DNA of 15,906 bases from an uncultured bacterium (GTDB taxonomy: Bacteria; Zixibacteria; MSB-5A5; GN15; FEB-12): contig CBDVDR010000031.1 in NCBI GenBank assembly GCA_965372795.1, forward strand, positions 1 to 15,906. Direction: 5' to 3'. The translations under genes and the position numbers were made by a program. The notes beneath the pieces were generated by a model, which worked only from the letters and a program-made list of their open reading frames with translations, searched no databases and was not told where the DNA came from. Positions 1 to 7,056 of this stretch are shown in pieces. Positions within the stretch are counted from its first letter, which is position 1; every line of letters starts with the position of its first letter.

Positions 1-69
1 AGATTAAGGCCAGATTTGATCTCAAAAGAAGAAACAACTCCAACAGAGAGGCCAGATTACTTTGGTTAA
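1..69 (+). CDS. Possible 3' end of an upstream gene (RLRPDLISKEETTPTERPDYFG*), truncated by the window
   Basis: Frame +1 is open from base 1 to TAA at 67-69 and overlaps the TTG start at 62, as in coupled genes. Frame +3 is also open to 74, so the frame is uncertain. Confidence 0.3.
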   Translation, partial: RLRPDLISKEETTPTERPDYFG

Positions 70-649
70 CGTAAGTCCAGAAAGAATATTTAGAGAATCA
101 AAAGAGAGATTTAGGACAAAACAAGAAAAATTGAATAAAATTAAAAATGATATGCTACAGAATATCCTAAATGAAAACTTGAAAAAAGAATTCTCAGAGA
201 GATTGAAAAACATTAATTTTACTAAGAAATTTAAATTAAATAGAATTGAAGAAAAAATAAAAATATTAAGAGATAAAAGGTTTGCGCATATTGATAGAGA
301 TTATATTACAAATTTAACTCTAGAAGATAGACAAATTCCACGTGAAATATTTGATAAATTGGAACCTATTTGTAATTTTGTTAATGAAAATTTCGATGCT
401 TTAACGATTGAAAAAATAAGAGGTAAAACCTTTTTTGAGTATAGTAATATTAACGGATCTCATCCACCTGGTATGGAAAAACGTAGTGACATAGAAATGA
501 TTTTGGATTTTATAGCAGAATCAGATGCACTTTTAAATATGCCTGAGAATGAACCAGATTATTGGCCCTATCAAAGAAAAAATTTATCTGAGAGCGATAT
601 TAATATTCTAAACGAATATAGAGAAAAGTTTAACCTACCTAAAGTTTAA
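62..649 (+). CDS. Hypothetical protein, putative HEPN-family (AbiU2-like) RNase domain
   Basis: 195-aa ORF with a TTG start and an AGAGG RBS-like motif about 10 nt upstream. Helical, charged sequence containing RDKRFAH (269-289), which fits the HEPN R-x4-6-H motif. DNA is visibly AT-richer than neighbouring genes. The family call rests on the motif only. Confidence 0.5.
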   Translation: MVNVSPERIFRESKERFRTKQEKLNKIKNDMLQNILNENLKKEFSERLKNINFTKKFKLNRIEEKIKILRDKRFAHIDRDYITNLTLEDRQIPREIFDKLEPICNFVNENFDALTIEKIRGKTFFEYSNINGSHPPGMEKRSDIEMILDFIAESDALLNMPENEPDYWPYQRKNLSESDINILNEYREKFNLPKV

Positions 650-666
650 CCTACCTAAAGTTTAAC
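625..666. repeat. 16-bp tandem direct repeat AAAGTTTAACCTACCT, about 2.6 copies
   Basis: Exact copies at 625-640 and 641-656 and a partial copy at 657-666. It spans the stop of the 62..649 gene and fills the gap to the convergent gene's stop codons. Confidence 0.9.
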
Positions 667-668
667 TA

Positions 669-1205
669 TTACTTTTCCAGTTCAACACCCAGGGCATCAG
701 CTAACCTATTAATATAATTAAAATATGCTGTGACCTGGACGGTGTCATGAATCATATTCTCTGACATTCCTTTTTCAATCAGGAAATCAACATACGCCTG
801 ATCGACATTATATGCCTCTTTGGTGATTTTTTCGGCATAGCCTAAAATCAGTTTATCAAGATCAGAAATATCGGCTGTTTTATAATTTTTTATCAGTTGA
901 GCCTTAAGGCTGATATCAACATTACCAAGAGAATGCAACGCATTCCAGTGATGAGTAATTCAGTAATGACATTGATTGATACTTGAAACCACAACCGCAA
1001 TCATTTCCTGCTGGTCGCGAGTGATGGCTGAATTAGTAGACATGACTGCCCGATAAAATTGTAAATGAGCATCCATAGCATCAGGATTCGGTCCGGCAAT
1101 TCGAACAACATTTGCCGGAGTTTTGGATGGACCGCCAAACTGTTCGTATAGTTTTTTAAGTTTGTCAGACGCATCTTCGTATTTGATATATTTTATAAAA
1201 GCCAA
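669..1205 (-). CDS. Selenocysteine-containing AhpD/carboxymuconolactone-decarboxylase-like peroxidase-related protein (178 aa, Sec82, CxxU motif)
   Basis: Minus strand reads ATC AAT CAA TGT CAT TAC TGA ATT ACT CAT CAC TGG AAT GCG TTG CAT = INQCHY-U-ITHHWNALH, joining ORFs 960..1205 and 669..938 in frame. EMIAVVVSSINQCHYUITHH matches the AhpD core E-x10/11-CxxC-x2/3-H. The C-terminal AYFNYINRLADALGVE is typical of the same family. TTG start with AGAAAGG upstream; ends TAA TAG. Confidence 0.9.
921..959 (-). promoter_or_regulatory. Bacterial SECIS-like element immediately 3' of the UGA (960-962)
   Basis: mRNA after UGA: AUUAC-UCAUCACU-GGAAUGC-GUU-GCAUUCU-CUUG-GUAAU. Lower stem AUUAC/GUAAU, upper 7-bp stem GGAAUGC/GCAUUCU, and an apical loop beginning GU 20 nt after the UGA. 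This fits the general bacterial SECIS model. Confidence 0.8.
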
Positions 1206-1276
1206 AAGTGTACCTTTCTATTTTTATGATCTTAAAGCTAAACTACGATATGATCAGAATAACATAGTTAAAGAGG

Positions 1277-2476
1277 TTATGCCTCTTTTTTTACGCCTGA
1301 TAAAAAATCATCAAGGCGATTGGTGTAGTCGGTGATTTCTGCCATCTCTTCATCAGATGGAATTAACCGTGCCCGATAGTTTTCCTCGAATACTTTGAAA
1401 CGCATCCCCGATAACCGATCCGCTACCAATTTGATTCCTTCACCGCCCCAGCCGTATGATCCGAAGACCGCGGCTTTTTTACCGGTATAGGAAACGGTAT
1501 TTAACAGACTCAGAATATTCCAGACCGGAGGCACGCAGTCGCCATTAAAGGTTGGTGCACCAAAAAGAAGCACCGCAGATTTTTCGATATGCTCCCGAGC
1601 TATATCGGTTTCCACATCGGCAGCATCTATCAAAGAAACGTTGTAACCTTTATCAGTTAAGTGAGCTTCAATTTTATTTGCAATTTTTAAAGTGTTGCCG
1701 TAAGCAGAAGCATAAAAAATTGTAATGCCTTTCGGATCAACTTTATCTGATGACCATTCTTTGTATTTGTCTATAACAGTGCGAGGGTTATTTCTAAATA
1801 AAGGTCCATGCGAAGTGGCAATCAGCTTGATCTCAAAATCATCAAGTTTGGTCATGTTTTTTCTGATAAACGGGGCAAAGGGGCGCATGATTGAATCAAA
1901 GTAGTAGAAAAGTTCATAGTCAATGTCATGGGGGGATTCATCGGCATAGATAGAATCAAAGGCAACATGAGCGGCAAAGCCGTCACATGAAAAGAGGATG
2001 TTATCCTCTTGAAGAAATTCCATCATGGTATCGGGCCAGTGCATGTAGGGAGTGGTTTTGAAGACAAGTTTTTTCCCGCCCAGATCAAGCTCGAAATTAT
2101 CTTTGATGCCTTCAAGGTCGATTTCCATATTGATCGTATTTTTAACAAAGGGAAGAGCACCCGCCGAACAGATAACTTTGATATCCGGATTATTTTTAAG
2201 AAGGGTTATCATCGAGCCGCTGTGATCAGGTTCAGTATGGTTGCAGATTAAATAATCAATCTTTTCGATTGGAACAATTTCATTAATGTTATTAAAAAAT
2301 TCATCGGTGAATTCTTCTTTAACAGTATCAATCAAGGCTGTTTTGTTTTTACCTTTGATAAGATAGGCGTTGTAGGTGGTGCCATGGTTGGTTTTTACAA
2401 CAATGTCAAAAATTTTCAGATCCGGATCTTTAACGCCGACCCAGTAAACATTATCAGCTAATTTAATAGAAGCCAT
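1277..2476 (-). CDS. fprA: Flavodiiron protein (FprA/A-type flavoprotein; O2/NO reductase), metallo-beta-lactamase-like domain plus flavodoxin domain
   Basis: GTTYNAYLI, diiron ligand motifs NHTEPDH, HWPD, SCDGF and SHG; flavodoxin motifs YASAYGNT, GAPTFN and FGSYGWGGEG; 399 aa; GGAG RBS upstream. Confidence 0.95.
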   Translation of the reverse strand: MASIKLADNVYWVGVKDPDLKIFDIVVKTNHGTTYNAYLIKGKNKTALIDTVKEEFTDEFFNNINEIVPIEKIDYLICNHTEPDHSGSMITLLKNNPDIKVICSAGALPFVKNTINMEIDLEGIKDNFELDLGGKKLVFKTTPYMHWPDTMMEFLQEDNILFSCDGFAAHVAFDSIYADESPHDIDYELFYYFDSIMRPFAPFIRKNMTKLDDFEIKLIATSHGPLFRNNPRTVIDKYKEWSSDKVDPKGITIFYASAYGNTLKIANKIEAHLTDKGYNVSLIDAADVETDIAREHIEKSAVLLFGAPTFNGDCVPPVWNILSLLNTVSYTGKKAAVFGSYGWGGEGIKLVADRLSGMRFKVFEENYRARLIPSDEEMAEITDYTNRLDDFLSGVKKEA

Positions 2477-2556
2477 ATTAAATTTTCTCCAGACATATTC
2501 AATTTAAAAAAATAAATAAGTGAATAATACCATTGGGGTATCAATCCCAGAGAATG

Positions 2557-2584
2557 AATATAAGGATAATACGTTGCGAGACAA
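2557..2584 (-). promoter_or_regulatory. Candidate sigma70-type promoter for fprA and the selenoprotein gene
   Basis: Minus strand TTGTCT-N16-TATATT, with the same -10 hexamer as the promoter at 6715-6743. Confidence 0.3.
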
Positions 2585-2601
2585 GTATGCGGTGACAGAT
2601 T

Positions 2602-3513
2602 TTATTCTATCGAATTTACAAAATTGAAAATATCCCGGTACAGCTCTTGCTTTTCATTTGAAGCAGTTTGTATATTTAAAATACCCATATCAGCGATCTC
2701 TTTTAATTTTGAAATTTCATCATCTCCAGAATAATTTTCATCTACAAACAACAGAGTAGTGCAGGGGGTAGGTTTTAAATTTTCAATTTCACGATACTCT
2801 GAAGCATTGCCCGATCTCATTCCGTACCAAAACCACATAATTGTCCGATAGAAAGGAAACCAGTACATATCATGCTTATCTTTAAGGATGTTTTGCATTC
2901 TTAAAGTAGTAAGATAAGGATTAACAGCTACTACTTTGGTTATATGAGCGTTTGTTAACGATGCCAACATGGCAGCATCGCCACCAAGATCAAACCCAAC
3001 CGCACTAAGCGGGTAATAAATTTTATCTCTTAAATTTAAAAAGCTGATTACAGCGGTTAAATCATCCGCCTCAAGCTGACCTTCTCCGCGATACATCCCA
3101 CTTGAATACCCGGATGCCCGTTGATCATAAACAACAACCAAATATCCGGCATCATGGAAAGTAGCCGCAAGTTCAAGCAGGCTGTCACGGGAATTATTAC
3201 TTTTGTTAAGCAGGAACACAGTCCCAAGCGTAGTATCGAAAGTTGAGTCGAGGGGCAGATAGAGCAAGGCCAGATTTGTTAAACCGTCAGATTCTACTCG
3301 AAAGGTATCAACAACAAGACCTGCTTCATTATAGAAGGTAGGGTCATTTAGAGGTAGAGAATCTAAATATATCTCTTCAACATCATGACGGGCTGATATT
3401 GTTTCTGTTTTCATTAATGGATATACACAATAAGTGACTACTAAAAGAGCTACTACAATAAGAAATATTGAGGTGTTAATTGCTTCTCTGACTGTTCTGG
3501 ATATTTTTGCCAT
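2602..3513 (-). CDS. Membrane-anchored alpha/beta-hydrolase-fold protein with a non-canonical active site
   Basis: N-terminal hydrophobic helix (IFLIVVALLVVTYCVY); hydrolase motifs GYLVVVYDQRASGYSSG, EADDLTAVISFL and the nucleophile elbow AVGFDLGG (Asp where Ser is usual); 303 aa. Confidence 0.8.
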   Translation of the reverse strand: MAKISRTVREAINTSIFLIVVALLVVTYCVYPLMKTETISARHDVEEIYLDSLPLNDPTFYNEAGLVVDTFRVESDGLTNLALLYLPLDSTFDTTLGTVFLLNKSNNSRDSLLELAATFHDAGYLVVVYDQRASGYSSGMYRGEGQLEADDLTAVISFLNLRDKIYYPLSAVGFDLGGDAAMLASLTNAHITKVVAVNPYLTTLRMQNILKDKHDMYWFPFYRTIMWFWYGMRSGNASEYREIENLKPTPCTTLLFVDENYSGDDEISKLKEIADMGILNIQTASNEKQELYRDIFNFVNSIE

Positions 3514-3649
3514 AGTATCTGTCTACCTAATTTAATGTTAGCTCAAATAATTAACCACTTTTCACTGCTTGTCAACTCAAATTTCGTTGCTATTATCAAA
3601 ATCGTCAGTTATGCAATTATATTTATAATATAAAATAGATAAACTAAGA

Positions 3650-3666
3650 TGTTCAAATTTTGAACA
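3650..3666. promoter_or_regulatory. Perfect 8-1-8 palindrome TGTTCAAA-T-TTTGAACA, candidate transcription-factor operator
   Basis: Lies in the divergent intergenic region; its first 13 bases recur exactly at 6691-6703. Confidence 0.55.
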
Positions 3667-3704
3667 ATTAAGTACTAAAATCGTATTATTAAGAATATGT
3701 TAAA

Positions 3705-3719
3705 TGACAATTATTGTCA
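3705..3719. promoter_or_regulatory. Perfect 7-1-7 palindrome TGACAAT-T-ATTGTCA, candidate operator
   Basis: Exact dyad symmetry in the same divergent promoter region, upstream of the likely ATG at 3844. Confidence 0.45.
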
Positions 3720-3843
3720 CGTCAATCGAGAATAAATGGAGATAATAATCGGTCTTATTTCATTAATAAATAGAAAGCGTTTGCAGAATCAGAATTATCG
3801 CATTATTTTATCAGTCTTAAGAATAGGAGTTACTGCTTCGTTA

Positions 3844-6417
3844 ATGAATTTGTCAAAATTACTACTTTTTGTTTTGGTTTTTCAAGGTTTCGCTATCCCC
3901 TCACATAGTAGAGACGTTTTACCAATTCGGGCTACCGAGATTCCCGGCAATCCGGCGTATTGTATTGTTGCTCATACTGTCGGCAAGATTAATTTTGCCG
4001 TACAAAATAATGGCACTTTTGGGAATTCGTCAGGGCGAAGGGCTACAGATTGTCTAACCGGAGACGAAGTTTCTTTTGGTGCTGAATATCCTGTCGATCT
4101 TGATGTAGAGCATCTCTATTATTCATCTCTTTGGGTCGGGGCGGTTATGGGAAACGATACCGTTGTTTCAACCGGACTTGATGGGTGGGCTGGCGATGGC
4201 CGTGAATTTCATCCCCAAGAATCACCCAAAGGTGATATGGTTTATAGATCTATAGTAAATCCTGATGCTCCCGAATTTGATGGAGCTGTATCCGAAGAAG
4301 ATTATATAGCAACTTATACTGACACTCTTAGAGGTGTCTCAAAAGATTTCTTCTACTCCCGTCCTCATAAACCGCTTTATTTACATATTAAGCAAAAAAG
4401 CTATGCCTGGTCTTACCCATATGCTGAAGACATAATTATAGTCGATCTGGAAATAACTAATATCGGCGTTCAAAATTTACATAATGTTTATCTGGGGCTT
4501 TATGTTGACTCTGATATTGGCTTTAACGGCGGGTATTGGCGTGATGATATATGCGGGTTTATTAGAACTGATCTGTTTGAAACTGAATGCGGATTTATTG
4601 AGGATACCGTTAATATTGCCTGGACTGCTGATAATGATGGTGATCCAATAAATGGTAAGTTTATACTTAAACCCGGGCTAGCAAATCCAGCCCAAATTAT
4701 TCAACAAAAATCTGCTCCGCATGCCTTTGGAACTCGAATTTTACAAACTCCTGATGAAGAAGGCAGACTTTCATATAATTGGTGGGTTTCCAATTATGAT
4801 ACCAAATATGATTTTGGTCCGCAGAGTATAGCAAAATCTCGTGATTTTCGAACCGGTGGAACAGGTACACCGGAAGGTGACAAAAACAAGTATTTTTTGA
4901 TGAGCAATAATGAGATTGATTATGATCAGGCAAAAATTTCTGAATTATCAAGCCTGGATCGAGCCTGGCTTACTCCTGATAGATATGTTGCCATTCGTAT
5001 TGGCAGAGGAGCCAATAATCAACATTTAACCTCTTTTGGCCCATTCAATATAGAAACTACTGAAACAGTCCCCTTTACATTTGCTTTCTTTGGAGCAGAA
5101 TCGATTCATCATATACCCGGTAATGGCGGGTTTCTATATTGGCGAACTGAGGACTTTTACGAAGGACTGGATTTTACTGATTTAATTGAAAATTCTCGTT
5201 GGGCTTCATGGATTTACGACAATCCGGGCGTTGATACGGATGGAGATGGTTATTTTGGGAAATACCATGTCTGTGTTAAAGAATCGACCTTTATCAGAAA
5301 TGAATGGGTTGCATCGGATGCTGACACTACTTTTTACGAAGGGGATGGCGTGCCTGACTTCAGAGGTGCCGCCCCGCCACCGGCGCCCTTCTTTATTGTA
5401 ACTCCTGAAGTTAGCAGCTTGAGAATTAGATTTAATGGACACTACTCAGAACGTACCCGAGATTTTCTAACCGGTAAGATTGATTTTGAAGGGTATAATA
5501 TTTATATGGCAAGAGATGAACGGGTTTCATCGTTTGCATTGATAACTTCAAATGATATTGAAAATTATAATAAGTATGTCTGGAAGCCTTATAATTTCCG
5601 GGTCGGTAAATATGAGTTATTTGATCAACCATATACCAAGCAGGAGCTTACTTGTTTGTATGGTGATTCTTGCAATGATTTAGAATTTAACCCGATTTTA
5701 TATGATGTCGCCCACCCTTATCAAATGCCGGGTTTTCCTGATTCATTATTTTATTTCGACTCTCACGGCAGTAACTCTGATAGAATTGGAGGAAATTCTC
5801 CGATTCAAAAAGTGTATCCTGATGCTCTTCCGGTACCTTTAAAAGCTGATCTTGATACGCTTGATGAAAGTTTTTTCACCGAGGAAGGGTATTTAAAATA
5901 TTATGAATATGAAACTGTAATAGAAAATCTGCTCCCGACCGTACCATATTGGATTTCAGTTACAGCATTTGATACCGGTTCACCTCAATCTGATCTCGAC
6001 GCCTTGGAAACTTCAAAAACAATTTCCGCTCAAATGGTTTATCCTTTAAGTTCCTCAAATCAAATAACAGGGGAGAACTTAAAAGCTTACATATATCCGA
6101 ATCCATACCGAATTGATGCTGAATATCGACAAAATGGCTTTGAAGGTCGAAATGAAGACAGCTGGCCAGATTACAGGGTCAGACAACTTCATTTTGCAAA
6201 CCTTCCGGCAAAATGCACAATTAGTATCTTCTCGCTTGATGGTGATTTAATTAAAGAATTTGATCATGATATGGATCCGTCTGACCCTAACCATGGCCAC
6301 CATGACTGGGATATGATTTCAAGAAACACTCAGGAAATTAAATCAGGGTTGTATTATTGGACAGTTGAAGATGATAAAGGGAAAGTTCAAATAGGTAAAC
6401 TTGCTATTATCATGTAA
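3844..6417 (+). CDS. Large secreted protein (about 857 aa) with a C-terminal T9SS-sorting/FlgD-Ig-like domain; function unknown
   Basis: Start moved from 3736 to ATG 3844 because AGGAG lies at 3825-3829 and the product then begins with a signal peptide (MNLSKLLLFVLVFQGFAIPSHS). Asp-rich Ca-binding-like loops (DNDGD, DTDGDG). C-terminus YIYPNPY...FSLDGDLIK...WDMISRN...SGLYYW...GKLAIIM resembles a secretion CTD. Confidence 0.8.
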   Translation: MNLSKLLLFVLVFQGFAIPSHSRDVLPIRATEIPGNPAYCIVAHTVGKINFAVQNNGTFGNSSGRRATDCLTGDEVSFGAEYPVDLDVEHLYYSSLWVGAVMGNDTVVSTGLDGWAGDGREFHPQESPKGDMVYRSIVNPDAPEFDGAVSEEDYIATYTDTLRGVSKDFFYSRPHKPLYLHIKQKSYAWSYPYAEDIIIVDLEITNIGVQNLHNVYLGLYVDSDIGFNGGYWRDDICGFIRTDLFETECGFIEDTVNIAWTADNDGDPINGKFILKPGLANPAQIIQQKSAPHAFGTRILQTPDEEGRLSYNWWVSNYDTKYDFGPQSIAKSRDFRTGGTGTPEGDKNKYFLMSNNEIDYDQAKISELSSLDRAWLTPDRYVAIRIGRGANNQHLTSFGPFNIETTETVPFTFAFFGAESIHHIPGNGGFLYWRTEDFYEGLDFTDLIENSRWASWIYDNPGVDTDGDGYFGKYHVCVKESTFIRNEWVASDADTTFYEGDGVPDFRGAAPPPAPFFIVTPEVSSLRIRFNGHYSERTRDFLTGKIDFEGYNIYMARDERVSSFALITSNDIENYNKYVWKPYNFRVGKYELFDQPYTKQELTCLYGDSCNDLEFNPILYDVAHPYQMPGFPDSLFYFDSHGSNSDRIGGNSPIQKVYPDALPVPLKADLDTLDESFFTEEGYLKYYEYETVIENLLPTVPYWISVTAFDTGSPQSDLDALETSKTISAQMVYPLSSSNQITGENLKAYIYPNPYRIDAEYRQNGFEGRNEDSWPDYRVRQLHFANLPAKCTISIFSLDGDLIKEFDHDMDPSDPNHGHHDWDMISRNTQEIKSGLYYWTVEDDKGKVQIGKLAIIM

Positions 6418-6503
6418 TCAACATTTTTAACGAATTAAAAATACACAAACAAATTTCAAATTTACATTAAAAGAATGCCTAATTTTCTAAACAGGGAGTA
6501 ATG

Positions 6504-6530
6504 ATGCTTCTTTTGTGAAAAAGGATGCAT
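6504..6530 (+). terminator. Stem-loop with GNRA (GUGA) tetraloop downstream of the 3844..6417 gene; terminator or 3' stabiliser
   Basis: ATGC-TTCTTTT-GTGA-AAAAGGA-T-GCAT gives 11 bp with one bulge; no clear U-tract follows. Confidence 0.3.
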
Positions 6531-6690
6531 ATCAAAGCCATCTTCTGTGATTAATTCTAAATTTTATAAAAAAAGAATTTTTTTAATGCTCTACTATTAA
6601 TAGGGGTTGCATCTTGACAGAGTTCATTATATTATTGTAGCTTAAACAAATAGCCAAGGAAATTAAAAATAATCTATAGTATCGACAAAC

Positions 6691-6706
6691 TGTTCAAATT
6701 TTGGAA
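6691..6706. promoter_or_regulatory. Second, imperfect copy of the TGTTCAAATTTTGAACA operator-like motif
   Basis: TGTTCAAATTTTGGAA ends 8 nt upstream of the -35 hexamer at 6715. Confidence 0.45.
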
Positions 6707-6714
6707 TTTTCCTA

Positions 6715-6743
6715 TTGACAATTCATGAATCTATACTTATATT
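6715..6743 (+). promoter_or_regulatory. sigma70-type promoter for the cohesin/dockerin gene cluster
   Basis: TTGACA (6715-6720)-N17-TATATT (6738-6743), with AT-rich sequence upstream. A weaker candidate TTGCAT-N17-TATTAT lies at 6607-6635. Confidence 0.65.
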
Positions 6744-7056
6744 TTCAGCGGATGATAGGTGAGTCTTTCAAGAAAAACTGTTAAGTTCATATAGAACAAT
6801 AACAACTCCGGTTCTAAACAAAGTCAGATACTTCACTCTTATAGCGCCGATGGGGGTCGCGTAAGAAATACATGCTTGGTGCTAAAACAAAACGTTTGTT
6901 ATTTTTTAAAAAAAATGAAGCAAGAAGTAAACAGCTAGCGACTTAAGTAGTTCGCCTTAAGCTTGTGTGTAGACAATCAATTGGTAAGGAATTTGCTTAT
7001 TGAGGTTTGGTAAGGGAAGAATTACAAGTACCTATGATTACAACCAGGAGGAATTT

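Noticed and set aside
625..666. CRISPR array
   Set aside because: The repeats are contiguous 16-mers without spacers, and no cas genes are present.
669..1205. Two separate small genes, a nonsense pseudogene, or genome-wide TGA reassignment
   Set aside because: The TGA sits exactly at the catalytic Cys position and is followed by a SECIS-like hairpin. The long genes here use TGG for Trp and contain no in-frame TGA, so codon reassignment is not supported.
3616..3629. PerR/Fur-like box (ATTATATTTATAAT)
   Set aside because: Low-complexity AT palindrome that does not match the 7-1-7 consensus spacing and lies far from fprA.
3736..3843. ORF-track N-terminal extension of the 893-aa ORF
   Set aside because: ATG 3844 has an AGGAG upstream and gives a proper signal peptide; the extension would bury it.
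7000..7056. TTG start of the 386-aa ORF
   Set aside because: A strong AGGAGG directly precedes ATG 7057, which gives a normal signal peptide.
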